A DNA stretch of 64,000 bases from Polyangiaceae bacterium (GCA_044376115.1 JBILLK010000008.1:128001-192000), one strand, 5' to 3'. Positions 1 to 9,853 are shown, counted from the stretch's first letter. Notes: a model not told the origin generated them from the letters alone. Numbers and translations are program-made.

Positions 1-174
1 CAGCACCACCAGGCGCGGCTTGTGCTGCGCAAATAGCTCGAGCGCGCGCGCCGGCGTGCCCGCGTCCAATACAGTAAAACCATCGGCCTCGAGCAGCTCG
101 CGATAGACCGAGCGAAAGCCCGGATCGTCGTCGACGATCAGCAGCGACTCAGAGGCGGATTGCTGGCCTTTCAC
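1..174 (-). CDS. Response regulator, N-terminal receiver domain (partial, runs off the window start)
   Basis: Hand translation from GTG at 174 gives MKGQQSASESLLIVDDDPGFRSVYRELLEADGFTVLDAGTPARALELFAQHKPRLVVL, a classic receiver start. GTGA overlap with the upstream kinase stop. Confidence 0.9.
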   Translation of the reverse strand, partial: MKGQQSASESLLIVDDDPGFRSVYRELLEADGFTVLDAGTPARALELFAQHKPRLVVL

Positions 175-1772
175 GGACGCGCAGGGTACGCCGGCTGATG
201 CGGAAGCAACACGACAAACCGCGCGCCGCCCGCCGTTGGTCGCTGATGGCTGAGAGAGCCGCCGTGACGTTCGACCCAGCCGGCGGCGATGGCCAGGCCG
301 AGCCCGGTTCCAAGATGCACTTGGTCGCGACCACGCCCGGTCACGAAGGGCTGGAACAGCCTGGGCTCGATCTCACTAGGGACGCCGCGACCGTTGTCCT
401 CCACGGCAATGCAAAGGCCCTCCCGCAGTCGCTCAGCGTTGATTGTTAGTTTGGCGTCGGGACGCTCGGTCAGTTCAATCAGCGCATTATCGATTAGGAC
501 GAACAAGGCGTCCTCCAAGGCCTGCTCATCCGCCTGGACCTCGAGCGCGCTCGGCACGCGGAGTTCGAGCTCGAACGGGGTGCGCGGCTTGGCCTGCCGG
601 GCGCGCTCGAGAGCCCGCTCTATCAACGGTAAAACGTTGACCTCTCGCAGCTCGAGCGGCCTTGGTTTGGCGAAGCGCAGGAGCTCCTCGAGGAAGCTGC
701 GCGCGCGCTCCACCTCCCGCCGCAAAGCCGCCACCGTCTCCGGTTTAGCGCCTTGGCGTTCGAGCAGCTTGGCTTGCGCCATGATGATGCCGAGCGGATT
801 GCGCACTTCGTGAGCCACCGCCCCTACGAAGGTACCGAGCTCGGCCAGCCGCTGCGATTGTTCGGCTTTCACCTCGCTCGCTTGCGCAACCTCGCGCAGA
901 TCCCGCACCGCCAGCGGCGTACGGAACAAGCGCCGGCCGAGCCCCTCCACCAGGAGCTGCCGCAGCGGATCGAGCGGGAGGGTGCTGAGGAAGGTGATGA
1001 GCATCGCCCAGGCCCACCAAGGCAACGGTGATTCAACGGTAGGAACGAGCCGCGGCAACACGAAGGCATAGGCGGTTAGCCCTACGCTGGAGATTAACGC
1101 GGTGAGGGTCGCGTAGCCGAGGCCGGCGCCAAAAAGGCTGCGCAAGCGCGGGTCTTCATCGCGCAACGTGGCATAGCTCGCGAGCACGGTGGAGCCGAGC
1201 ATCAGCGGCGCGGCGATGTACGATTCGGCGAGCTGAAAGACCATCAGCGCCAAGGTGGCGCCGCCGCCGAGCGACCCCAACAAACAGGCAGCGAGCAGCG
1301 CCACGAGCCGCTTGCGGTTGGCCCCCGCTGCAGCCAGCGCCGAACGCAGCAGCAGGCCCAAGACCAAGCCGGTTGCTACCACCGCAGCTGCGGATAATGG
1401 GATAAACCACGGGCCGGGCGAGCTAACGTGCGGGCCGTACAAGAGCGGTGGAGAGACGGCTCCCACCGCGGCGATCAGCGCAGTAATGAGGTAACTCGGT
1501 ACAACGTATTTACGTGTTGCTCCCTCGGTTAGATCGGAGAGCGCATGCACAAACGCGCCAGCCTCTAGCATGCCGAGGGGCAATAGATGCAGCGCGATGG
1601 AGTCGGTCGCCGGCGTGGTCAGCAGCATCAGACCGCTGATCCAGCCCGCCTGGGTGAAGCACACCATCGGCAGGCCGAGACCGCGCCGCGAACCGAGCCG
1701 CAGCGCCGTCAAGCCGACCATGAGCGCCACCGCCCACACCGGAAAGAACGCGAGGGCGGCCAAGAGACTCAA
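171..1772 (-). CDS. Membrane-bound sensor histidine kinase
   Basis: Multi-TM N-terminus; H-box AHEVRNPL, N-box LIDNA, DNGRG and GTGLGL G-boxes. Confidence 0.93.
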   Translation of the reverse strand: MSLLAALAFFPVWAVALMVGLTALRLGSRRGLGLPMVCFTQAGWISGLMLLTTPATDSIALHLLPLGMLEAGAFVHALSDLTEGATRKYVVPSYLITALIAAVGAVSPPLLYGPHVSSPGPWFIPLSAAAVVATGLVLGLLLRSALAAAGANRKRLVALLAACLLGSLGGGATLALMVFQLAESYIAAPLMLGSTVLASYATLRDEDPRLRSLFGAGLGYATLTALISSVGLTAYAFVLPRLVPTVESPLPWWAWAMLITFLSTLPLDPLRQLLVEGLGRRLFRTPLAVRDLREVAQASEVKAEQSQRLAELGTFVGAVAHEVRNPLGIIMAQAKLLERQGAKPETVAALRREVERARSFLEELLRFAKPRPLELREVNVLPLIERALERARQAKPRTPFELELRVPSALEVQADEQALEDALFVLIDNALIELTERPDAKLTINAERLREGLCIAVEDNGRGVPSEIEPRLFQPFVTGRGRDQVHLGTGLGLAIAAGWVERHGGSLSHQRPTAGGARFVVLLPHQPAYPARP

Positions 1773-2800
1773 GCGACGGCAAGCCTCTCGAGCCGCGCGG
1801 GTTTGCGCCCGTGCGCGCCGCCAACCTCGACCCGCTGCTCAAAGTAACGAGCGGCCAAGCGCTTGAAGCTCCGCTCGGTCTCGGCCTGGAACCAGCGCCG
1901 AAAGATCAAAGCGTCCACCACGCGACCGAGCAGCCCCCAGCGAACGTCATAGGTATACGAGGTGCGAAACCACACCACGCCGGGAGCCACCTCACCATAG
2001 AGCCACAAGCCGACTCCGCGCCGAATCAGCGATAGGCGGTCCTCCGACCAGAACTCAAAGGTGGATTGGCGCATCGGCTTGTGCAGCTTGTAGCGTCCAA
2101 AGCCGCGGATCAGAAGCCCCATCAGCCGTTTCTCGTACACCATCTCGGTGCCGGTGCCGATGCGCTCGCTCAACATCTCAATGCGCGAGAAGCGATGATC
2201 CCAGGAAGGGTGCTTGACGTGATCTTGCGTGGTGTCCCAAACCTCTTGCAGGCTGGCGTCGAGCACCACGCCAACGTGCACCGGCCGAGGTTTGTTGGAG
2301 GTCGCGAGCACGGCCCACTCCAGCAGGGCGAGCCCGAGCGAGCCCACGGCCATCAGCGCGAGCACCGCGCGCAACGCGAGAGGCACCTCGTCACGCAGCG
2401 CGATCCCGGTGGGCAGCTGCCACCAGCCGAGCGAGCCGCGCACCACCTCATTGAGGTAGGCGCCCACCAGCACGCTGAGCACGATGTGCATTACGTACTC
2501 CCCGCGCGGTAACCCACCTTGGCTGCGGCGTGACTCCGGCTCGATGGCGACGTCGTAGAGCGCGATGCCAACGTCAGCGATGAACAGCACAACAAACGGC
2601 AATAGCCAGTAGCCGTGCAGCTCGAGGTTGGGGATAACGAGCAATTGGGCCGCATAGACAAAGCCGCGCGCCACGTGAATCCCAACCTCCAAGCGGCTCT
2701 CTTCGCGCTGGGAGAGTTTGGCTACGTGCCGATGAAAGTAGAAGCAGTCGAAGGCGCCAAACAGCGCAATCACGAGCAAGAGCAGCGAAGCGGTGAGCAT
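1769..2800 (-). CDS. Membrane protein fused to a C-terminal SRPBCC/YndG-like domain
   Basis: About 5 TM helices with His/Glu motifs (GAFDCFYFH, EVGIH, EYVMH), then LDASLQEVWDTTQDHVKHPSWDHRF, resembling START/SRPBCC-type folds. ATGA overlap with the kinase. Confidence 0.6.
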   Translation of the reverse strand: MLTASLLLLVIALFGAFDCFYFHRHVAKLSQREESRLEVGIHVARGFVYAAQLLVIPNLELHGYWLLPFVVLFIADVGIALYDVAIEPESRRSQGGLPRGEYVMHIVLSVLVGAYLNEVVRGSLGWWQLPTGIALRDEVPLALRAVLALMAVGSLGLALLEWAVLATSNKPRPVHVGVVLDASLQEVWDTTQDHVKHPSWDHRFSRIEMLSERIGTGTEMVYEKRLMGLLIRGFGRYKLHKPMRQSTFEFWSEDRLSLIRRGVGLWLYGEVAPGVVWFRTSYTYDVRWGLLGRVVDALIFRRWFQAETERSFKRLAARYFEQRVEVGGAHGRKPARLERLAVA

Positions 2801-2813
2801 GAGCTGGCCCTCA

Positions 2814-2828
2814 GCATGCTCCGTGCCT
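2814..2828 (-). promoter_or_regulatory. Putative sigma-54 -24/-12 promoter (leftward)
   Basis: Minus strand AGGCACGGAGCATGC = GG-N10-GC with the GGCACG core; the -12 C lies 14 nt before the ATG at 2800. Confidence 0.6.
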
Positions 2829-2883
2829 GGCGGAATACGCCCTCGCCGAGCGGCTACGGCGTGCGGTAGCGGCGTGCGCTCGT

Positions 2884-2955
2884 GAGCTGCGCGGCCCGTA
2901 ACGCGCAGCTCGCTGTAAAGCGGCTGGAGGCCAGCTGTCCACGCCGTGGACAGCT
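2884..2955. promoter_or_regulatory. Two perfect inverted repeats, candidate enhancer (UAS) sites
   Basis: GAGCTGCGCG-N8-CGCGCAGCTC (2884-2911) and AGCTGTCCACG-C-CGTGGACAGCT (2933-2955); both have AGCTG...CAGCT arms. Confidence 0.55.
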
Positions 2956-3002
2956 ACACGCCGAAAGCTGGTTTTGGCCGCGCAAAGGCCGCTTTCACGG
3001 CT

Positions 3003-3018
3003 CGGCACGCGCTTCGCA
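3003..3018 (+). promoter_or_regulatory. Putative sigma-54 -24/-12 promoter (rightward)
   Basis: CGGCACGCGCTTCGCA = GG-N10-GC; the -12 C lies 14 nt before the ATG at 3031. Confidence 0.6.
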
Positions 3019-3030
3019 TTGCGGGGCGCC

Positions 3031-3741
3031 ATGCGTATTCGTTCGCTTGTGCGTCACCTGTTCCGGCTTGTGGCTAGTGCGTTGGGGGTGATGCTATGTG
3101 CGGCGCACGGTGAAGGGCTGTGGCAGCTGGCGGCGGTGGGTTTTGCAGGGCTTGGCTTTATGGCCGCCTTCGCGCTTACGCATGATCTGGCGCACGCGGC
3201 GTTGCGACTACCGAAGGGCTTGAACGAGGCGCTGCTCGCGCTGAGTGGGGCGCTTTACTTTACGAGCGGGCACGCGATGCGTCGTTCCCACGCGAAACAC
3301 CACCGCAGTCCGCTCAGCGTCGACGACGCCGAGGGCTATCCGGCGCGCGCCTCGCTGCTGCGGGCGGTGCTGTGTGCGCCGCTTGATTTCGTCGCGGTTC
3401 GAATAGGCGGTTATCGGCTGGCGCCGGCGCGTGAACGGCGTTGGATCGCGCTCGAGTGCGCTTTTAACGCATTGAGCTTGGTTGCGTTGTGGCGCTTTGG
3501 TGGAGCGGCCGGTGAGCTTTATGCGGCGGTCGGGCTGGGGCTGCAATTGAGCATGGGCGTGTGGGCGTCGTTCATTCCCCATCGTGCGCCGGAGTGGGTG
3601 CTCGAGCTTGCGCGTCGGCTCTCCTTCCTCAAGTCCCCGGTGGTGCTCTCCCTCGCCTATCACGAGCTGCATCACCAACAGCCGCGCGTACCGTGTGATG
3701 AATTGCATTATGCTGCCGGCCTTCAGAAGGAAGCCGCGTGA
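3031..3741 (+). CDS. Fatty acid desaturase / membrane di-iron hydroxylase family protein
   Basis: Three His boxes HDLAH, HAKHH and YHELHH plus TM segments. Start moved to the ATG at 3031. Confidence 0.82.
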   Translation: MRIRSLVRHLFRLVASALGVMLCAAHGEGLWQLAAVGFAGLGFMAAFALTHDLAHAALRLPKGLNEALLALSGALYFTSGHAMRRSHAKHHRSPLSVDDAEGYPARASLLRAVLCAPLDFVAVRIGGYRLAPARERRWIALECAFNALSLVALWRFGGAAGELYAAVGLGLQLSMGVWASFIPHRAPEWVLELARRLSFLKSPVVLSLAYHELHHQQPRVPCDELHYAAGLQKEAA

Positions 3742-4268
3742 CCATCATCAAGCTTGAAGACTGCCAACCCGATATCGAGCGAGCCGTATTCATCGCCGAC
3801 GACGCCGTGTTGATCGGAGACATCGTGCTCGAGGAGGACGTCAGCATTTGGTTCAAGTGCGTATTGCGTGCGGACATCGGCCGCATTCGCATCGGCAAAC
3901 GCACCAACGTGCAAGACATGGCCTGCTTGCACATGACCGACAACCTCTCGCACACCACCATCGGGGAGGACGTCACCATCGGACACGCGGCGATCGTGCA
4001 CGGCGCCACCATCGAGAGCGGCGCTTTGATCGGCATGGGCTCCATCCTGCTAGACAACTGCGTGATCGGGGAAGAGAGCGTGATCGCTGCGGGCAGCCTG
4101 GTGCCGCCGCGCATGGTGATCCCCAAGCGCTCGCTGGTACGTGGCTCGCCCGCCAAGGTGATTCGCGAGGCCACCGAGGAAGAGCGCGCGATGGGCCGAG
4201 CCGGCGCGCTGCACTATGTTGAAAACGGCAAGCGTTACCGCAAACTGCTGAGCAAAGGTGCACCGTGA
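3738..4268 (+). CDS. Gamma carbonic anhydrase family protein (YrdA/PaaY-like)
   Basis: Hexapeptide repeats; LRAD, TNVQD, H..IGH..VHG Zn ligands. Confidence 0.93.
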   Translation: MTIIKLEDCQPDIERAVFIADDAVLIGDIVLEEDVSIWFKCVLRADIGRIRIGKRTNVQDMACLHMTDNLSHTTIGEDVTIGHAAIVHGATIESGALIGMGSILLDNCVIGEESVIAAGSLVPPRMVIPKRSLVRGSPAKVIREATEEERAMGRAGALHYVENGKRYRKLLSKGAP

Positions 4269-4456
4269 AGCTGAAGGTCAATGGGGAAGAGCGTGAGCTG
4301 GCGGAGGGTTCAACCGTCGTCGATCTGCTTGGGCAGATGACCGGCCCGGTCGCGGTCGAGCGCAACGGTGAGGTGGTTCCGCGCAAAGAGCACGCAACTA
4401 CGCGGCTCGCAGAAGGCGATGAGCTCGAGATCGTGCATTTCGTCGGCGGCGGCTGA
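4265..4456 (+). CDS. thiS: Sulfur carrier protein ThiS
   Basis: 63 aa; [16 protein letters not shown]-terminal EIVHFVGGG. Confidence 0.93.
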   Translation: MKLKVNGEERELAEGSTVVDLLGQMTGPVAVERNGEVVPRKEHATTRLAEGDELEIVHFVGGG

Positions 4457-4537
4457 CCTTTCGCTGGTCGCATGTTCCCCGGCGATTGCGGGAAATTCTT
4501 GCTTCCTCCCAAGCGTAGGTAGGATCCGGATAGCACC

Positions 4538-5953
4538 GTGACGCCCCTTCGCTGGACAGCCCTTGGAATTGTCGGACTCGCCGTGGGCGTTTCCGGCGGC
4601 GTTGGCCTTCATTACACCTTGCCGGAGTCGCCGTACGTCCACGGCCTCTTCGTGGGCGAGCGGCCGTTACCCAAGGGGAGCGAGGTCGGTGAATGGCTGG
4701 AAACACGCCGAGAAGAGGTACGTAGCCGGCCCATCATCCTGCGCGCCGCGGACCTCACCTTCGAGTCCACCTTCGGGGAGCTGGGCATCGACATCGACGT
4801 GGCGGCGACCTTGAGCAACGCCGCCCAGGTCGGCCACCGCGGTAGCTTGAAAGAGCGCGTCCTCGAGGCGCAGAGGGCACGGCGCGGGGAGATCGACGTA
4901 CCGCTCGTCTACCGCTTCGATGAAAACCGCGCTCAGCCGATGCTCGAGAAGATCGAAGCGGCGGTGTTGATCGAGCCGGTGGACGCGCGCTTGGACATCG
5001 CTGCGCGCAAGAAGATCGCCGACATCCCCGGCCGCAAGCTGATGATGGACCTTTCGATTCAGGCCATCGCCGAGGTCGATAAAGACGGCGTCAACGGCGC
5101 TGTGGTCGACCTGCCCACCAGCCCCAAACGGGCGAAAATCACCGAGGCGGACTTGGTCGACGTGGACGTGAGCAAGGTGCTCTCGGCGCGTGAGACCACC
5201 TATTCCACGTGGGGCGTAGGCGTCGGTCGCACGGTCAACATCAAGCAAGCCGCCGCCTACATTGATGGCGTGATCATTCCGCCCGGCCAGACCATCAGCT
5301 TCAATGAGCTCGTCGGCCGCCGCACGCTCGAGCGTGGCTTCACCTGGGCCCCGGAGATTCAAGGGGACGAGCTGACCACCGGCGTTGGCGGTGGCACCTG
5401 CCAGGTCTCCAGCACGTTGTTCCAAGCCGCGCTGTTCGGCGCGATGGAGATCATCGAGCGCAAGAGCCACTCACGGCCTTCGGCCTACGCCAAGCTCGGG
5501 CTCGACGCGACGGTGAGCTACCCAACCGTCGATCTCAAAATCAAAAATCCCTTCTCCTTCCCGGTGATGATTCACGCCTTTCATCCCAAGCCGGGCACCT
5601 TGCATGTAGAGATCCTCGGTGGAGAGCCTTCGGCCGACGTGACTTACCAATATGGAGTTGGCGGTACCGAGGACTTCGTTCGGCGCATCGTGGTCAAGCA
5701 GCACCTCAAGCCCGGCACGCGCATTCGGCATCAAAAGGGCTCACCCGGATATGACGTTAGCTCGCTCGTAACCATCAAATGGAAGAACGGCGCAGTGGAA
5801 GAGCGGCGCTTCTTTAGCGGTTATCGGCCGGCCCCGGAGATCTTCTGGGTATCACCCGAATACAACGTAGCCGAGCTGCCTCCCCTGCCCCCGCGGGCCA
5901 AAGGCGTAGAAGGTCAGCTGGCGAGTATTTACGATAGCAGCCCAACGTACTGA
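4538..5953 (+). CDS. VanW family protein with PG-binding region
   Basis: N-terminal TM; SFNELVG, GVGGGTCQVSSTLF, ERKSHS, GLDATV and DLKIKN VanW motifs. Confidence 0.9.
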   Translation: MTPLRWTALGIVGLAVGVSGGVGLHYTLPESPYVHGLFVGERPLPKGSEVGEWLETRREEVRSRPIILRAADLTFESTFGELGIDIDVAATLSNAAQVGHRGSLKERVLEAQRARRGEIDVPLVYRFDENRAQPMLEKIEAAVLIEPVDARLDIAARKKIADIPGRKLMMDLSIQAIAEVDKDGVNGAVVDLPTSPKRAKITEADLVDVDVSKVLSARETTYSTWGVGVGRTVNIKQAAAYIDGVIIPPGQTISFNELVGRRTLERGFTWAPEIQGDELTTGVGGGTCQVSSTLFQAALFGAMEIIERKSHSRPSAYAKLGLDATVSYPTVDLKIKNPFSFPVMIHAFHPKPGTLHVEILGGEPSADVTYQYGVGGTEDFVRRIVVKQHLKPGTRIRHQKGSPGYDVSSLVTIKWKNGAVEERRFFSGYRPAPEIFWVSPEYNVAELPPLPPRAKGVEGQLASIYDSSPTY

Positions 5954-5978
5954 CGTATTGAGCTGCGTCGCTTCCGCC

Positions 5979-7373
5979 TCAGGAGTGCAGCGCAGCCTCG
6001 AGCTCGGCCACCGTCTTGGGGCAGCCGTGCGTCATCACCTCGGGCTCACCGCTGGTGCACAGCACGTCATCCTCGATGCGAATCCCGCGCACGTCATCGT
6101 AGTGCGCGAGTACGTCGAGGTTGAGGTCCTCCCCCAAGGGGCCGGTGAGCGCAGGGTCATGGAGGATGCCGGGTACTTGATAGAAGCCCGGCTCGATCGT
6201 GACGGCCATTCCGGGCGCTAGATCGCGGTCGAGCCGCAAGTAGCGGTCACCGAAGGCTTTGCTGCGGACGCGGCCCTCGGCGTAACCGGCGAAGTCACCG
6301 AAGTCCTCCATGTCGTGCACGTCGAGCCCGAGCAAATGTCCAACGCCGTGCGGAAAGAACAGGCTCGCGGCGCCGCGCTCGAGCAGGCCGTCCACGCTGC
6401 CGCGGAAGATGCCGAGCGCGACCAGGCCCTCGACCAATGCGCGTTTGGCTTCTTCATGTACGGCGCGATAACTGACGCCCGGGCGCACCTTGGCGATGGC
6501 GCGCTGATTGGCGCTTAGTACGACCTCGTAGATCGCCCGCTGGGTCTTGGAGAAGCGGCCGGAGATGGGCCAGGTACGCGTGATGTCGCTGGCCCAACCT
6601 TCCGGAGTTTCCCCGCCCATATCGCAAAGGAACAGGTCGCCCGGGCGCACCGTGTTGTCACTTGCGCGGCTATGCAGGACCTCGCCGCGAACGGTCGCGA
6701 TGGGGCCATAGGCGTATTGCATTCCGTGACGGCGGAGCACGTGGGAGATGGCCGCTTCGATCTCCGACTCACGTTCGGCCGCGCGGGTTGCGCGCATGCC
6801 CTCGAGGTGCGCCTGCGAGCTCACCACCGCCGCGGCTCGCAGTTGATCTTGCGCCGCTTCATCGTGAATCAGCCGGGCCTCGAACATGGCTTTGCGCGCC
6901 GCTGCATCGCGCGCATCGAGCTCACCGGCTGGCGAGTTGGGCGCGATCGGGCGGCCGGCCACACGCGCGAGCAGCTCTCGCGTCGCACCGTCCTGCGGCG
7001 GCAGAACGCCCAGCCGATCCCGCAGCGGCTCGAGACGCTGGGCGAGCTGCCCGACGTCACAAACCTCATCCACGCCCTCCGACTCTGCGACCTGCGCGAG
7101 CTCCGGCCGCGGGCCGTGCCAAAGCGCATCATCGCGATCCGGCGCCTCAGCGAAGAGCGTGGTTTTACCGCCGTCGAGCAGGAGAAAGTTGTTCTCCCGC
7201 GCCGTCGCCAAATAGAGAAAGTGGCTGGAGGCACGAAAGGGATGGTGGTTCGCCGGGTAGTTGCGGGAGAGCGGTAAACCCGCGGCGACCAGCACAGCGG
7301 TGGAGCCTGCGGCCTTTGCAACCTGCTGCCGACGTGAGCGAAAGCTCGAGCGAGTGGTGACGGGGAAAAACAC
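5979..7373 (-). CDS. pepP: Xaa-Pro aminopeptidase (M24B)
   Basis: FRASSHFLYL, DMGGE, SDITRTWP, HGVGHLLGLDVHD, TIEPG, GIRIEDD. Confidence 0.93.
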   Translation of the reverse strand: MFFPVTTRSSFRSRRQQVAKAAGSTAVLVAAGLPLSRNYPANHHPFRASSHFLYLATARENNFLLLDGGKTTLFAEAPDRDDALWHGPRPELAQVAESEGVDEVCDVGQLAQRLEPLRDRLGVLPPQDGATRELLARVAGRPIAPNSPAGELDARDAAARKAMFEARLIHDEAAQDQLRAAAVVSSQAHLEGMRATRAAERESEIEAAISHVLRRHGMQYAYGPIATVRGEVLHSRASDNTVRPGDLFLCDMGGETPEGWASDITRTWPISGRFSKTQRAIYEVVLSANQRAIAKVRPGVSYRAVHEEAKRALVEGLVALGIFRGSVDGLLERGAASLFFPHGVGHLLGLDVHDMEDFGDFAGYAEGRVRSKAFGDRYLRLDRDLAPGMAVTIEPGFYQVPGILHDPALTGPLGEDLNLDVLAHYDDVRGIRIEDDVLCTSGEPEVMTHGCPKTVAELEAALHS

Positions 7374-7404
7374 GGGCGCAGCATACAGCGTGTAGACTCG
7401 CGCC

Positions 7405-7983
7405 GTGACAGCACGCGCTCAAAAACCTTCGCTGCGGATCGCACGGAGCTCCGACGCGCCCGCCTACGCCAGCCATCTCGCGCGACATCTCGCGGCCTCG
7501 GGAAAAGAGGGTGAACTTCACTACGCGCCGGTGGAAGGCATTTCACGAAGTGAGCTGCTGGATCGAGCGGAGAAGCGCTGGGCAACGCCACTCAGCGAGC
7601 TCGGTTGGGGGCGCAGTTTCCTGCTCTTCGCTGAGGAGGCTGCGCCGCCGCCAGCGCCAGCCGAGCAGGTGGTTGGGCATGTGGATGTGCGCGGCAGTGA
7701 GCTGAAGGCGAGCGCCCATCGCGCGTCCTATTCGATTGGCCTCGACCGCGAGCAGCGGGGTAAAGGGCTGGGGGAGGCGCTGACGGTGCTAGCGCTCGAT
7801 TGGCTGCGCATCGAGACCGCGATCGAATACGTCGATCTAGGCGTTTTTACCCACAACCCGGCAGCGCGCGCGCTTTACCGCAAGCTCGGCTTTCGAGAGA
7901 CGGGGCTGACCGAAGATGCCTTCCGTTTGAGCGATGGAACCCGCATCGACGACGTGAGCATGAGCTTGCGCATTCAGCGCTAA
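7405..7983 (+). CDS. GNAT N-acetyltransferase (RimJ/RimL-like)
   Basis: QRGKGLG acetyl-CoA motif; NPAARALYRKLGF. Confidence 0.9.
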   Translation: MTARAQKPSLRIARSSDAPAYASHLARHLAASGKEGELHYAPVEGISRSELLDRAEKRWATPLSELGWGRSFLLFAEEAAPPPAPAEQVVGHVDVRGSELKASAHRASYSIGLDREQRGKGLGEALTVLALDWLRIETAIEYVDLGVFTHNPAARALYRKLGFRETGLTEDAFRLSDGTRIDDVSMSLRIQR

Positions 7984-8026
7984 GCGAAGGCTCGACGTAG
8001 CGGTGGCACGGTTGTAGAGCTGGGCT

Positions 8027-9853
8027 GTGGCCTTGCGCGATTTATCGCCCGGAACCGTCATTCAACGCACCTGGTGCATTGATGCGCGTTTGGGCGGAGG
8101 CGGTATGGGCTCGGTCTTCGCGTGTACCCAGCTGCAAACGCGCGAGCGAGTAGCGCTCAAGATTTTGCACCGGCACATTGCCGAGGACGAGCGGTTGCGG
8201 GCTCGCTTCATCACCGAGGGTCGTGCGCAGAACCGCGTTCAACACCGAGGCGTCGTGCGTGCCCTGGCCGAGGGCGAACACGAGGGCGCGCCCTTTTTGG
8301 TGATGGAGCTTGCGCACGGTCAGAGCCTGAAGGCCCTAGCCGCGTCGCAGGATGGGCGCTTGTCTATGGAGCAGCTCGCCCCGGTGATAACGCAGCTGCT
8401 CGACGTGCTGGCGGCAGTGCATGACGCCAACATCGTCCATCGCGACATCAAGCCGGACAACCTTGTAGTCGCGCCGGATGGCAGCCTGAAGCTCGTTGAT
8501 TTCGGCATCGCGCGGATCGAGGAAGAGTCGGGCAACACAACCACCGGGAGCACCTTGGGAACGCCCGCCTTCATGGCGCCCGAGCAGGTGCTGGGGCGGC
8601 AAGGTCGAGTGGATCGGCGCGCCGATTTGTACGCGGTGGGCGCAGTGATTCATCGGCTGTTGAGCGGCTTCAACCTGCACCATCCAGCGAGCGGCGCCGA
8701 GCTGCTGATCGCCATGGGCACGCAACAAGCGCCGTCGATCGCCAGCACGGTTCCTGGGCTCGCACCGGCGATCGTACGCGTGGTGGATCGCGCGCTCTCC
8801 TTCGATCGTGAGGCTCGCTTCAGCGACGCAAGCTCGATGCGCGCGGCGTGGCTGGCTGCGTTGAATGCTCCGGCAGAAGGTCATGCGCTGACCGCGATCG
8901 TGGAGCAAACCGGGCCGTTGATCGTGTCGAAGACCGTCGCTATGCAGGCGGTCGAGACGAAGCCGAAGCTCACGGCGACCTTGCCCCAATCCGCGCAAGC
9001 GCCGGTCGCAGCGCCCTCGCGACCACCGCCTGCGGTGGGGCGCCCTACGTCGGTGCATCCGCCTGCTGAGCGGCCTCCTGTCGTGCATCCGGCGTCGACC
9101 CAGCCGCTGCAACCTCTGCTTGCGCCGCAAGCTCCTGCAGCCAAGGCTTGGCGCTGGCCCTGGCCGCAACAATGGACGGCGCCGATGTTGATCATCGGGA
9201 TGCTGGCTGCACCCGCCTTGGGAGCCGGCGCCTATCACCTTTGGCAGATGCGCCGGATGTCCCTCGTGACCAAACAGGTACCGATCCGAGAGCAGAAGCT
9301 CAGCAGGCTGAAGCCATTGGTGCGTGAAGAGGCGGACGGGCTGCGCATCGAGATGGTCGCGCTGACGACCTATGGCGCTAGTGGGGTTGGCCAAGACGCC
9401 AACGGGCACGGCATCAACTTCGCCTGCAACTACTCCTTGGAAGAGTGCTCGCGGGTGGATAGCGGAGAGCAATCGCCGCTATCGCGAGACAAGACCTTCA
9501 GGGTCGAGGACGTTCCGTGGGACAACCTCCCCGACTACATGGCGGACGCTGAGCGGCGTTTCGCCAAGGAAAAAGGCTTCTCCGGCGCAGCGGAGTCGGC
9601 TGCATTCCAGCGGCTGTTTGGCGTCCTCGGCTGGTCGGTCGTGGTGAAGGGCAAAGGGGAGCTCGCCAGCTATTGCTACGACACCGAGGCGGACAGTTTC
9701 GGCTGCACGCCGCAGCTTGACGTGCCGCCAGCGCAACTTCCACCGCAGGTGGAACCAATGCCTGCTCCACCGCCCACTCCCACCGGCGAAGCAGTCAAAC
9801 GGCCGTTTGGACCGAGAGGCAAAAAGACACGAACCGAGTTTGGTTCCTTCTAA
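8027..9853 (+). CDS. Transmembrane Hanks-type Ser/Thr protein kinase
   Basis: GGGGMGSV, VALK, HRDIKPDN, DFGIA, APE; Pro-rich linker, one TM and a Cys-containing C-terminal domain. Confidence 0.95.
   Translation: MALRDLSPGTVIQRTWCIDARLGGGGMGSVFACTQLQTRERVALKILHRHIAEDERLRARFITEGRAQNRVQHRGVVRALAEGEHEGAPFLVMELAHGQSLKALAASQDGRLSMEQLAPVITQLLDVLAAVHDANIVHRDIKPDNLVVAPDGSLKLVDFGIARIEEESGNTTTGSTLGTPAFMAPEQVLGRQGRVDRRADLYAVGAVIHRLLSGFNLHHPASGAELLIAMGTQQAPSIASTVPGLAPAIVRVVDRALSFDREARFSDASSMRAAWLAALNAPAEGHALTAIVEQTGPLIVSKTVAMQAVETKPKLTATLPQSAQAPVAAPSRPPPAVGRPTSVHPPAERPPVVHPASTQPLQPLLAPQAPAAKAWRWPWPQQWTAPMLIIGMLAAPALGAGAYHLWQMRRMSLVTKQVPIREQKLSRLKPLVREEADGLRIEMVALTTYGASGVGQDANGHGINFACNYSLEECSRVDSGEQSPLSRDKTFRVEDVPWDNLPDYMADAERRFAKEKGFSGAAESAAFQRLFGVLGWSVVVKGKGELASYCYDTEADSFGCTPQLDVPPAQLPPQVEPMPAPPPTPTGEAVKRPFGPRGKKTRTEFGSF

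Noticed and set aside
4265..4537. TPP riboswitch or thiamine operon around thiS
   Set aside because: No TPP aptamer core recognised and no thiG/thiE/thiO adjacent; thiS is coupled directly to the upstream CDS.
8003..8020. Sigma-54 promoter before the Ser/Thr kinase (TGGCACG)
   Set aside because: The -12 position reads GA, not GC.
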